Of a stretch of DNA of 64,000 bases, positions 38,820 through 48,218 are shown in pieces; position 1 is the first letter of the stretch; each line of letters starts with the position of its first letter. The notes under the pieces were generated by a model. It searched no databases, had not been told where the DNA came from, and worked only from the letters and a program-made list of their open reading frames with translations. Made by a program: the position numbers and the translations under genes. Origin of the DNA: an uncultured Candidatus Saccharibacteria bacterium. Lineage in GTDB: Bacteria > Patescibacteriota > Minisyncoccia > Phycocordibacterales > Zambryskibacteraceae. The stretch covers positions 5,132 to 69,131 of the forward strand of contig CAZYVS010000001.1 of the NCBI GenBank assembly GCA_964651655.1, in the 5' to 3' direction.

Positions 38820-39035
38820 TTAGGCGTGGAGTTGGGGAGCGATCGGGAAGAACAGTTTCGTCCTGCACGCAGGACAGAAGACATAATCACCCGGACCGCT
38901 CGGGTCGGTCTTGTAACAATGACTGCAAAAAGCAACACCGCACGAAGGACAGTTGTAGTCGCAATTCTGCTCTCCTACTTTCGCCCCACAATTAGGGCAA
39001 TCGCGAGGAGAAACAACAACCAGCTCTTTCTGCAT
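38820..39035 (-). CDS. Cys-rich zinc-ribbon protein (four CxxC)
   Basis: CPNC, CPSC, CSHC, CPAC; SD AAGGAG before ATG 39035. Confidence 0.55.
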   Translation of the reverse strand: MQKELVVVSPRDCPNCGAKVGEQNCDYNCPSCGVAFCSHCYKTDPSGPGDYVFCPACRTKLFFPIAPQLHA

Positions 39036-39415
39036 CGGTTTCTCCTTTCTCAAAGGACTGTTTTACCGCAATTTTCTAATCGCAGAGCCTACCGGACACC
39101 ATGTCCGATATTGCCGCTTATCGTAGCATGTATTGGTTATGCAGTCAAGGTTCATCGCGTACACTTTTGGCGGGTTTTCGTTTATAAAAAATAATACCAA
39201 ATACTTGCGATCGCAAATAAATGGTAGGACCGGAGTCCCAAAAGACGATCTTTTGGGACATAAAATTTTGCTCTCAATAAATCAAATTTAACGACTACGT
39301 TATAATCTCACGACCGTGAATTAATAACGTATTAATTTATTACACAACTTAAAATCAGAAAAACTTTTTAATAATAAATTTGCAAATAGAAAGTTTCTGT
39401 AGTATCTGTTAAGCA

Positions 39416-41656
39416 ATGCGTTTACTTATAGTAGAGTCGCCGTCGAAGGCCAAGACTATCGAAAAATATCTTGGTAAAGATTTTCGCGTGGTGGCTTCTA
39501 TCGGTCATATCAGAGACCTTCCTAAATCAAATAGAGCCGCCATTGATATACCGGCCGGCTTCGTGCCGCATTACGAAGTGGTGAAAGGAAAGGAGAAAGT
39601 AATTTCCGAAATTAAATCACTGGTAAAAAAGGCCGACGAAGTCTTGCTTGCCACCGACCCAGACCGCGAGGGTGAGGCCATTGCCTGGCACGTAGAAGAA
39701 ACGGTTGGGCTCAAGAATCCAAAACGCGTTGTTTTTTACGAAATTACCAAAGAAGCCGTGGAGGAAGCTATTGAACACCCGAGAGAAATCGATACCAATT
39801 TGAGAGAAGCGCAAGAAGCCAGAAGAGTGCTGGATCGCCTAGTAGGCTACGATCTCTCTGGACTTATCTGGAAAAAAGTGCGTTACGGTCTGTCGGCCGG
39901 CAGAGTGCAATCCCCCGCCCTTAGAATTATCATGGAACGCGAAAGAGAAATTCGCGCGTTTGAGTCAATCACTTTCTGGAAAATTTTTGCAAATTTGGAA
40001 TCCAAAGTCAGACCTTTAAAAGATTCTCAAGGTCTGACCTTTGAATGTTCGGTTGAGCCTACAGACCAGAAAGAAGTGGAAAACATTCTTGAAGCAGGCA
40101 GAAATGGTTCGTGGCAAATAACAGATATTAAAGAAACGAAGGTGGCGCGCGCTCCGCGCGCGCCCTTCATCACCTCAACTCTGCAACAGGCGGCCAGCTC
40201 CCGACTTGGCCTCGCACCGTCTCGCACCATGTACTTTGCCCAAAGACTCTATGAAGCTGGACATATTACTTATATGCGCACAGATTCTACAAATCTTGGA
40301 GCAGCCGCGCGCAAGGAGGTTGAAGAATTGATAAAGAAAAAATACGGAGAAAGTTATTTTGAATCGCATGTTTTTACTAAAAAATCAAAAAACGCCCAAG
40401 AAGCCCACGAAGCCATCAGACCTACGCACATGAAAGTGGAAATGGCCGGAGTGAGCGACGGGGAGAAGAAACTCTACGGTTTAATCTGGCAAAGAACCAT
40501 ATCCAGCCAGATGAAATCAGCGGAAATTATGCGCACGAAGGTGGTGGCGAATATACAAGAAGTTGAGCTTCCACTTGGAAGCTCAACTTCCAAGCGAGAT
40601 TTAATACCTGATTTCTGGCTCAATGGTTCGCGCATCATCTTCGACGGCTGGCTTAAGGCGGACCGCCTATCGGCCGGCGAAGATATTGTCTTACCGAAAC
40701 TTGATATCGGCGAACCATTAAAACTGATAGACATGAATGTTGAGCAAAAAGAAACCCAACCGCCAGCCAGATACTCGGAAGCGGGTCTGGTTAAGGAACT
40801 TGAGAAACGCGGTATCGGTCGACCTTCCACTTATGCTTCTATTATCAAAACTTTGGATGATCGCGGATATGTAGAAAAAAGGGCTAAAGCGCTCTATCCA
40901 ACTGATACCGGCGAGGTAGTCAGCACTTTTCTCGAAGAACATTTTCCTACTTATATCAGCGACTCCTTCACCGCCGAAATGGAAGACGAATTGGATGATA
41001 TTGCCAACGGCGCACGTACCTATAGGAAAACCCTGTCAGACTTTTATACACCATTTCTAAAAGCGGTGGTAGAAAAAGAAAAAGTTCCAAAAGTCACCAA
41101 TCTTGGCCAGGCGCCAGAGGACTTGAAGTGTCCTGTCTGTGGAGCTAACATGATTATCAAGCTTGGCCGAGGCGGCAAGTTCCTGTCATGTGAAAAGTAT
41201 CCGGAGTGTCAGGGAGCCCGCACCATGGAAGGTAAAGAGCTTGAGGGGCCTAAAGATACCGGAGAAATCTGTCCAAAATGTGGCAAGGGAAATCTGACCA
41301 CTCGCGAGGGTAAGTTTGGAATGTTCACCACCTGTTCGCGTTTTCCAAAATGCAAATTTGTTAAAAAGGATAAAGAACAAGAAAAGGCGAACTCCACCGG
41401 AGTAGAATGTCCGATTTGTAAAAATGCCCTGCCTGCCGGCAGGCAGGGCTTCATATCGGAAAGACGCGGACGGTTCGGAGTTTTCTACAGCTGTTCAAAT
41501 TATCCCGATTGCAAATATGCCATCAAGGCCAAGCCCACCGGGGAAGTTTGTAAACTCTGCGATAGTTTAATGATGGAAGGCACTAAAACTATTCCAGAAA
41601 GATGCTCAAATAAAAAATGCCCAAATCACAATCCGCACAAAACCAGCCAGATGTAA
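39416..41656 (+). CDS. topA: DNA topoisomerase I with C-terminal zinc ribbons
   Basis: IVESPSKAKTI, ATDPDREGEAI, SAGRVQS, ITYMRTDS, QEAHEAIRP. Confidence 0.98.
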   Translation: MRLLIVESPSKAKTIEKYLGKDFRVVASIGHIRDLPKSNRAAIDIPAGFVPHYEVVKGKEKVISEIKSLVKKADEVLLATDPDREGEAIAWHVEETVGLKNPKRVVFYEITKEAVEEAIEHPREIDTNLREAQEARRVLDRLVGYDLSGLIWKKVRYGLSAGRVQSPALRIIMEREREIRAFESITFWKIFANLESKVRPLKDSQGLTFECSVEPTDQKEVENILEAGRNGSWQITDIKETKVARAPRAPFITSTLQQAASSRLGLAPSRTMYFAQRLYEAGHITYMRTDSTNLGAAARKEVEELIKKKYGESYFESHVFTKKSKNAQEAHEAIRPTHMKVEMAGVSDGEKKLYGLIWQRTISSQMKSAEIMRTKVVANIQEVELPLGSSTSKRDLIPDFWLNGSRIIFDGWLKADRLSAGEDIVLPKLDIGEPLKLIDMNVEQKETQPPARYSEAGLVKELEKRGIGRPSTYASIIKTLDDRGYVEKRAKALYPTDTGEVVSTFLEEHFPTYISDSFTAEMEDELDDIANGARTYRKTLSDFYTPFLKAVVEKEKVPKVTNLGQAPEDLKCPVCGANMIIKLGRGGKFLSCEKYPECQGARTMEGKELEGPKDTGEICPKCGKGNLTTREGKFGMFTTCSRFPKCKFVKKDKEQEKANSTGVECPICKNALPAGRQGFISERRGRFGVFYSCSNYPDCKYAIKAKPTGEVCKLCDSLMMEGTKTIPERCSNKKCPNHNPHKTSQM

Positions 41657-43161
41657 ACATCCTCGACAAAATCGTGAGAAGCATGTCGGGTTCTTCCGCC
41701 GAGGAGATAGCAATGGTAAAGAAAGCTTTTGCCTTCGTCGAGCGGGCGCACCTTGAACACAAAAGACTTTCGGGTGAACCGTATCTCAAACATTTATCGG
41801 AAACGGCCCAAATCTTGACGGATCTGGGAGCGGGAGGAGCCACGATAGCGGCCGGATTACTCCACGATACCATCGAGGACGTCGGTATAAAAAGAGAAGA
41901 AATCGTCAAAGAATTTGGGGAAGAAATTGCTTTTCTCGTCGAAGGCGTAACCAAACTCGGACATCTCAAGTACAGGGGCATCGATCGTCACAACGAGAGT
42001 CTGCGAAAACTTTTCGTCGCCATGTCGGAGGACATCAGGGTGCTTCTTATTAAACTTGCAGACCGCCTGCACAACATGAGAACGCTCTCTTATGTGCCAA
42101 AAGATAAACAAAGACGAATAGCGGCTGAAACGCTTGAAATTTATGCGCCTATCGCCTACCGGTTAGGCATTAGGAAAATTAATCGCGAACTTGAGGACCT
42201 TTCTTTCCCCTATGTTTATCCCAAGGCCTATGAAGAAATGACGAAGGCGCTCAAAGAGCGGCATCAAGATAGAATTGAAAGTTTAGAGAAATTCTCCCAC
42301 TCTGTTATCAAAACACTCGTGAAAGAAGGACTGACTACGGCTAAGACAGAGTATCGAGTGAAGGGTCTTTATAGTCTCTACAAAAAATATCTTAGGTATG
42401 ACAAAGACTTGGAAAAAATTTACGATGTTAATGCCATACGCATTATGGTAGATTCCGTTGCCGATTGTTATCAAGCGCTGGGAGCCATACACGGACGTTG
42501 GAGACCCCTGCCTCATCGCATTAAAGATTATATCGCTTTCCCAAAACCGAACGGCTATCAAGCTCTGCATACGACCGTCTTTGTCGGCGATGGCAATATT
42601 GTGGAAGTTCAAATCAAGACCCACGAAATGTACCGGTATTCCGAATACGGTGTGGCTTCCCACCTTTTGTACAAAGCAGACAAGCAGGGCAAAAAAATTT
42701 TGGATTGGATATACGCTCTCTTGCCCAAACTAAGAAGAACCGGCAACCCAAGCGCTCTTCAGGAAAAAGATGTGCCCAAATGGATTTCGGAATTGGCATC
42801 ATACCGAGGACCGGCAAAAAATCAACGCCTCTTCCGCGAACGATTGGCCAGCGATTTTTTCAATTATCGCATATTTGTTTTTTCGCCCAAGGGCGACGTG
42901 GTAGACCTGCCGATCGGCTCAACACCCATTGACTTCGCCTATTCGATACACTCCAATATCGGCGACCACATGACAGGCGCTAAGGTCAATGGCAAATTAG
43001 TCGCGCTAGATACGGAGCTTCACAACGGAGATATTGTCTTTATCATGACAAGCGAAACCGCCAAGCCCAATCGCAAATGGCTCGATATGACCAAAACCTC
43101 AATGGCGCGCCGCCATATCCGTCGCGAACTTATCAAGCTAAGAGAATCGGAAAACTCTTAA
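41617..43161 (+). CDS. relA: RelA/SpoT (p)ppGpp synthetase/hydrolase (HD, synthetase, TGS)
   Basis: R-SGEPY..H, LHDTIED, KLADRLHN, PKPNGYQ.LHT, EVQI, TPIDFAY. Confidence 0.9.
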   Translation: MPKSQSAQNQPDVNILDKIVRSMSGSSAEEIAMVKKAFAFVERAHLEHKRLSGEPYLKHLSETAQILTDLGAGGATIAAGLLHDTIEDVGIKREEIVKEFGEEIAFLVEGVTKLGHLKYRGIDRHNESLRKLFVAMSEDIRVLLIKLADRLHNMRTLSYVPKDKQRRIAAETLEIYAPIAYRLGIRKINRELEDLSFPYVYPKAYEEMTKALKERHQDRIESLEKFSHSVIKTLVKEGLTTAKTEYRVKGLYSLYKKYLRYDKDLEKIYDVNAIRIMVDSVADCYQALGAIHGRWRPLPHRIKDYIAFPKPNGYQALHTTVFVGDGNIVEVQIKTHEMYRYSEYGVASHLLYKADKQGKKILDWIYALLPKLRRTGNPSALQEKDVPKWISELASYRGPAKNQRLFRERLASDFFNYRIFVFSPKGDVVDLPIGSTPIDFAYSIHSNIGDHMTGAKVNGKLVALDTELHNGDIVFIMTSETAKPNRKWLDMTKTSMARRHIRRELIKLRESENS

Positions 43162-44084
43162 AGGCTAAAATTGGCGACCGAATAGAGAGATTCGTCGTCT
43201 CCGCTACCAGTCAGAGACGGCGCCTCCGCTGTCGAAAAGTTTTGTTCCGGTTGATTCTTGATTTTCTCGTCAGAAATAATTCTATCCAACAAGGCGCGCA
43301 GATCGTCTTTGTTGAAGAAATCAATCGTCACCCGGCCGCCTTCTTCCTTTTTTTCTATCCGCACCCGAGTGCCAAGTTTTTCTTTGAATTGATCTTCAAT
43401 GTCTATCAGTTCCTGGTCAATAAGTTTGCGAGCGCGCTCCACCGCAATATGGCGAGCAATACCTTCGGCTTCCCTGACATTGAGTTTTTTAAAAATAATT
43501 TCTTTGAAAAGAGTCTCCTGCTCCTGCGGTCGGTCTATCAGCATCATCAGCGGACGGGTGTGGCCTTCGGTAATCTTGTTTTCCGAGAGCGCATTAATAA
43601 TGTAATCCGGAAGCGTAAGAATGCGCAAAGAATTTGAAACATATTCGCGGCTCTTGCCGACTTTCTTGCCTATCTCATGGTGTTTGAAATTAAATTCTTT
43701 TACCAATCGATCAAAGGCTCGCGCCCGGTCCACCGGACTAAGATCCTCGCGTTGGATATTCTCGATGATAGCGAGCTCAAGTTTCATCAAATCCGTTTCT
43801 TCACCGGTGCGGATAAGTACCGGCACTTGCGCGAGACCGGCTAGGCGAGCGGCGCGAAGGCGCCGCTCGCCGGCTACCAATTCGTACTCTACGCCGATAC
43901 CGCCGTCTTCTTTTATTATTTCATTACGCGTCACGACCAGAGCCTGAAGCACGCCATATTGGCGAATTGAATCCGCGAGACTTCTTAATTGAACCTCGTC
44001 AAATCCGCGGCGCGGTTGAAATGGGTTTGGTTTGATTTTATCCACCTCTATCCAGAAAATGGAATCGTTATAGAATCGTGACAT
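43158..44084 (-). CDS. parB: chromosome partitioning protein ParB/Spo0J
   Basis: PNPFQPRR, GERRLRA, IENIQREDL, HTH. Confidence 0.93.
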   Translation of the reverse strand: MSRFYNDSIFWIEVDKIKPNPFQPRRGFDEVQLRSLADSIRQYGVLQALVVTRNEIIKEDGGIGVEYELVAGERRLRAARLAGLAQVPVLIRTGEETDLMKLELAIIENIQREDLSPVDRARAFDRLVKEFNFKHHEIGKKVGKSREYVSNSLRILTLPDYIINALSENKITEGHTRPLMMLIDRPQEQETLFKEIIFKKLNVREAEGIARHIAVERARKLIDQELIDIEDQFKEKLGTRVRIEKKEEGGRVTIDFFNKDDLRALLDRIISDEKIKNQPEQNFSTAEAPSLTGSGDDESLYSVANFSL

Positions 44085-44092
44085 GAAGTTAT

Positions 44093-44184
44093 TATAACCT
44101 ACAACTCACAACCTACAACAAACAACGGATTAGATTGTCTAAGCTTAAATTCTATTGTATGTTGTAAGTCGTTGGTTGTTAGTT
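44093..44184. repeat. two inverted arrays of degenerate 7-mers (TACAACN / NGTTGTA)
   Basis: tataacc tacaact cacaacc tacaaca aacaacg ... tattgta tgttgta agtcgtt ggttgtt. Confidence 0.6.
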
Positions 44185-44191
44185 AATATTT

Positions 44192-44276
44192 GCCGGGATG
44201 GCGGAATTGGTAGACGCACACGACTCAAAATCGTGCGGAGCAATCCATGAGAGTTCAATTCTCTCTCCCGGCACCA
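44192..44276 (+). tRNA. tRNA-Leu(CAA)
   Basis: CACGA-CTCAAAA-TCGTG anticodon arm, long variable arm, CCA end. Confidence 0.95.
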
Positions 44277-44297
44277 AAAATATGTATAATTAGATGA

Positions 44298-47021
44298 ATG
44301 GGTTCTGCAACAGAAATTGCGTGGCACACAAAACCGGTCTCAAAAGTTTTAGAGATATTAAAATCGAGTGAACACGGACTCTCAAGCATTGAGGTAAAAC
44401 ATAGGCTTGAAGAGAATGGGCCAAATGTTTTGCCGGAGTCAAGGCCGGATAATGTTGCTCTTATCTTTCTGCGGCAATTTCAGAGTCCATTAATTTATAT
44501 TCTCCTGGCCGCAGCTTTGGCGGTATTTTTTATAGGAGAGAAAACCGATGGTATTGTTATTATCACAGTTCTCATTTTGAATGCCGTTGTCGGCTCTATT
44601 CAAGAAGGTCGGGCCAGAAATACTCTCCTGGCCTTAAAGCAATACGTGGAAACAAAGGCGGTAGTTTTGCGGGACGACAAAGAAATTATTATTGCCGATT
44701 CGCAGGTGGTGGTAGGAGACATTATCTTACTCCAAGGAGGCGAAAAAATAGCGGCCGATGCAAGAATCATATCCGCACAAAATCTCAAGATTGACGAATC
44801 TTCTCTTACCGGAGAATCAGGGGCGGTGCATAAAACGTCTGACACCTTGGATAATCCAAATCTGACTGCGCAAGAAGAACGCAACATGCTATTCAAAGGC
44901 ACTCACGTGGTCGCCGGCAATGGCAAGGCCATAGTGGTAAGAACCGGGGTGGAAACAATTATCGGTAAAATAGCCAAGGAAGTATCTTTAATTGAGAAAG
45001 AGATCCCGCTTAAAACCAACATTCGCAACCTCTCAAGAATAATTATTCTAATTACGGTGGGTGTCAGCGCTCTTTTATTTATCGTCGGTATTATCTCCGG
45101 CAAATCTATAATTGAGATGCTTGTCTTTGTTATTTCAATTTCGGTTTCCATCATTCCAGAGGGCCTGCCAGTTGCTATTACCGTCATATTGGCCACCGGA
45201 GTTTGGAGGATGAGTAAGAGAAACGCCCTAATTAAACGTCTGCAAGCGGTAGAAGCGCTCGGACAAGCAAAAGTCATCGCAGTCGATAAGACGGGAACCA
45301 TTACCAAAAATGAAATGGTGGTTCAAACCATTCATGTGGACGGTCAGATGTTTGAGATTGACGGAGTCGGATATGAACCGAAGGGTGATATAAGAATCAA
45401 CAAACAAATTATAAATCCGCCCAATCACCCGGAACTTCTACTTTGTGGTAAAATCGCCGCTCTCTCGGCCAGCGCCAGAGTCATGCTTCAAGAAAAAACT
45501 ACGGAATGGAAAATCTCCGGCGACCCAACGGAAGCGGCCATGGTGGTGCTCGCCAGAAAGTTGGGTTTCAATAGAGATGATCTGGAACACGAATCACCGC
45601 TCATGGCAGAGATACCTTTCGACTACAACACTAAATATCATGCGACTCTACATAAAGATAAGGAAACAAATTTCTTAGCAGTAGCCGGCGCGCCCGAAGT
45701 AATTTTAGAAAATTCAAATAAAATTTGGCAAGATAACAAAGAAATAGGCCTCTCTCCCGAACGCAAAGAAGAATTGATATCTATATTCTTCGACATTTCA
45801 AGAAGAGGGCTTAGAGTTCTGGCACTGGCTTCAAGTTCGCGCGGCTCTGACGATTTAAATCAGGAAGATGTAATGAATCTGACCTTTACCGGATTCTGCG
45901 GTCTCAAGGATGCCTTGCGTCTCGAAGTTAAGGAAGCCACCAAACGCGCCATAGCGGCCGGCATGAGAGTGGTGATGATCACCGGCGACCATCAAACCAC
46001 GGCAGAAGCCATAGCCAAGGAAGCGGGTATTTATAAAACCGGTGATACCAGCCTGACCGGTGTTGAGATAGATAAATTTTCGGACGGCGTGCTTAAAGAA
46101 TACTTGACCAAGACTTCGGTATTTGCCAGAGTCACACCGGAACACAAACTCCGCATTATCAATGCTTATAAAGCCAGAGGAGAAATTATTGCTATGACCG
46201 GCGACGGAGTAAATGACGCGCCATCTCTGGTGGCGGCAGATCTTGGAGTGGCAATGGGTAAGATTGGTACAGAAGTGGCTAAGGAAGCTTCTGATATTGT
46301 CCTCTTGGATGATAATTTCGGCAGTATCGTTTCGGCAATAGAGGAAGGCAGAAACATTTACAAAACAATCACAAAAGTAGTTCTTTATCTTCTGTCTACC
46401 AGTCTGGGTGAACTGCTGGTGATTACGGGAGCCATTTTTGTAGGTCTGCCCTTACCACTTTTACCGGCACAGATCATATGGTTAAACTTCGTCACGGACG
46501 GATTCTTCACTGTCGCTCTTGCCATGGAGCCGAAGGAGCACGGCTTGTTGAGCAAAACATTTAAGAAGCCGGGGAGATATCTGGTGGATACTTTGATGGG
46601 GCAGAGAATATTGCTTATGGCGTTACCAATGCTTGTGATAACTCTTGTGTTGTTTCAAAATTATTTTGAAACAGATTTGGCCAAGGCGTGGACAATCTCT
46701 CTCACTGTCCTCGCCGTCTTTCAATGGTTTAATGCTTGGAATTGCCGTTCCGAAAATAAGTCAATCTTTCAGGCAAATATTTTCGAAAACAGATTTATGG
46801 CGGGCGCTACCTTGGCGGCTTTATCGTTCCAGATACTCGCCGTCTATAATCCCTTGTTCCAAAGATTTTTGCATACCGTACCACTTGCTCTTTCCGATTG
46901 GTTGGTTATTATTGCCCTGGCAACTTCTATTATCTGGGTAGAAGAAGTTAGAAAATTTTTATGGCGCAACAAAAAATCCTCGTTATCGTTGGTCCCACCG
47001 CTTCAGGTAAGTCAAGCCTAG
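44298..47021 (+). CDS. P-type cation-transporting ATPase (type IIA, Ca2+-like)
   Basis: TGES, PEGL, DKTGT, TGD, GDGVNDAP. Confidence 0.95.
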   Translation: MGSATEIAWHTKPVSKVLEILKSSEHGLSSIEVKHRLEENGPNVLPESRPDNVALIFLRQFQSPLIYILLAAALAVFFIGEKTDGIVIITVLILNAVVGSIQEGRARNTLLALKQYVETKAVVLRDDKEIIIADSQVVVGDIILLQGGEKIAADARIISAQNLKIDESSLTGESGAVHKTSDTLDNPNLTAQEERNMLFKGTHVVAGNGKAIVVRTGVETIIGKIAKEVSLIEKEIPLKTNIRNLSRIIILITVGVSALLFIVGIISGKSIIEMLVFVISISVSIIPEGLPVAITVILATGVWRMSKRNALIKRLQAVEALGQAKVIAVDKTGTITKNEMVVQTIHVDGQMFEIDGVGYEPKGDIRINKQIINPPNHPELLLCGKIAALSASARVMLQEKTTEWKISGDPTEAAMVVLARKLGFNRDDLEHESPLMAEIPFDYNTKYHATLHKDKETNFLAVAGAPEVILENSNKIWQDNKEIGLSPERKEELISIFFDISRRGLRVLALASSSRGSDDLNQEDVMNLTFTGFCGLKDALRLEVKEATKRAIAAGMRVVMITGDHQTTAEAIAKEAGIYKTGDTSLTGVEIDKFSDGVLKEYLTKTSVFARVTPEHKLRIINAYKARGEIIAMTGDGVNDAPSLVAADLGVAMGKIGTEVAKEASDIVLLDDNFGSIVSAIEEGRNIYKTITKVVLYLLSTSLGELLVITGAIFVGLPLPLLPAQIIWLNFVTDGFFTVALAMEPKEHGLLSKTFKKPGRYLVDTLMGQRILLMALPMLVITLVLFQNYFETDLAKAWTISLTVLAVFQWFNAWNCRSENKSIFQANIFENRFMAGATLAALSFQILAVYNPLFQRFLHTVPLALSDWLVIIALATSIIWVEEVRKFLWRNKKSSLSLVPPLQVSQA

Positions 47022-47875
47022 CTGTTCGATTAGCAAAAAAATTCAACGGAGAGATAATTTCCGCCGACTCGCGACAAGTCTATAAAGGTCTCGATATTGG
47101 TACGGGTAAAATCACTAAACAAGAGATGCGGGGCGTGCCACATCACCTGCTCAACGTTGCCAATCCTAAAAAACAATTCTCGGTGTCAGAATACAAAACT
47201 CTGGCTGAAAATAACTTACGATATATCGTAAGTTGTGGAAAATTGCCTATAGTTGTTGGGGGAACGGGTTTTTACATAGATACCCTTACCGGAAGAATTA
47301 ACTTTCCTAACGTGCCGCCGGACAAGAAACTTCGAGAGAAACTTTCTCAAAAATCTATTGAGACACTTTTTGAAATGTTGATGAAAAAAGATCCGACTAG
47401 AGCCAAAACAATCGACAAATATAACAAGGTTCGTCTGATCCGCGCTCTAGAGATTATCAAGAAAATTGGCTCCATTCCCCCACTTGGAAGCTCAACCTCC
47501 AAGTCTCGGTACCGCTTCATATTTATCGGATTAAAGCCAGATGACCTCGACAAAAGAATTTACAAAAGATTACTTATAAGATTTAACGGTATAATTCGTG
47601 AAGGCAAAAAACTGCATAAACAAGGACTGTCATACAAACGTATGTATGAACTTGGGCTTGAATACCGATATATTGGTATGTATTTGCAAAATAAAATCTC
47701 TAAAAAAGAAACAATGGATAAACTTTATTTGGCAATCAAACACTACGCCAAGCGGCAAATGACCTGGTTTAAGCGAAATAAAGAAATTAGATGGTTTACC
47801 ATGAGCTCTGTCGAAGGGTTCAAACCGGAAACATACAAAGAGATAGAAAAATATACTGGACGTATGCTAGGATGA
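46961..47875 (+). CDS. miaA: tRNA dimethylallyltransferase
   Basis: GPTASGKS, SADSRQVY, VGGTGFY, YAKRQMTWF. Confidence 0.96.
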   Translation: MAQQKILVIVGPTASGKSSLAVRLAKKFNGEIISADSRQVYKGLDIGTGKITKQEMRGVPHHLLNVANPKKQFSVSEYKTLAENNLRYIVSCGKLPIVVGGTGFYIDTLTGRINFPNVPPDKKLREKLSQKSIETLFEMLMKKDPTRAKTIDKYNKVRLIRALEIIKKIGSIPPLGSSTSKSRYRFIFIGLKPDDLDKRIYKRLLIRFNGIIREGKKLHKQGLSYKRMYELGLEYRYIGMYLQNKISKKETMDKLYLAIKHYAKRQMTWFKRNKEIRWFTMSSVEGFKPETYKEIEKYTGRMLG

Positions 47876-47882
47876 CGTCACT

Positions 47883-47955
47883 GGGCGATTAGTTAAGTGG
47901 TATAACTTCGGTCTCCACCCCGTCGCTCGCGAGCGACGGGGTCCAAAACCGATAT
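47883..47955 (+). pseudogene. relic 5' half of tRNA-Trp with a 24-bp palindrome inserted at the anticodon
   Basis: Identical to about nt 1-45 of tRNA-Trp (48209-) except for CCCCGTCGCTCGCGAGCGACGGGG flanked by a TCCA duplication. Confidence 0.85.
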
Positions 47956-47957
47956 AT

Positions 47958-48218
47958 ATGTATTACGTATATATTCTAAAAAATCTCAAAACAAAGAATT
48001 TGTATATAGGATACACCCGAAATTTAAGACGTAGAATAAATGAGCATCAGAGCGGAAAGGTATACACAACAAAACGATTAGGACGTGATGTGGACCTCGT
48101 TTACTACGAAGCTTATAAAAATGAGGATGATGCAAGAGATAGGGAGAAAAGTTTTAAAAATTCTGGTTCCGTGTACAATGGACTAGTTAAACGAATAAAA
48201 CGCAGTAGGGGCGATTAG
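47958..48218 (+). CDS. short GIY-YIG nuclease
   Basis: MYYVYIL...LYIGYT-NL-RR..EH...YYEAY...RE; stop codon lies inside the tRNA-Trp 5' end. Confidence 0.92.
   Translation: MYYVYILKNLKTKNLYIGYTRNLRRRINEHQSGKVYTTKRLGRDVDLVYYEAYKNEDDARDREKSFKNSGSVYNGLVKRIKRSRGD

Noticed and set aside
38082-39194. 370-aa + strand ORF
   Set aside because: Antisense shadow of two - strand genes that have SDs and a terminator; no motifs
43158-44190. parS site or parA next to parB
   Set aside because: No TGTTTCACGTGAAACA-like site or parA seen nearby
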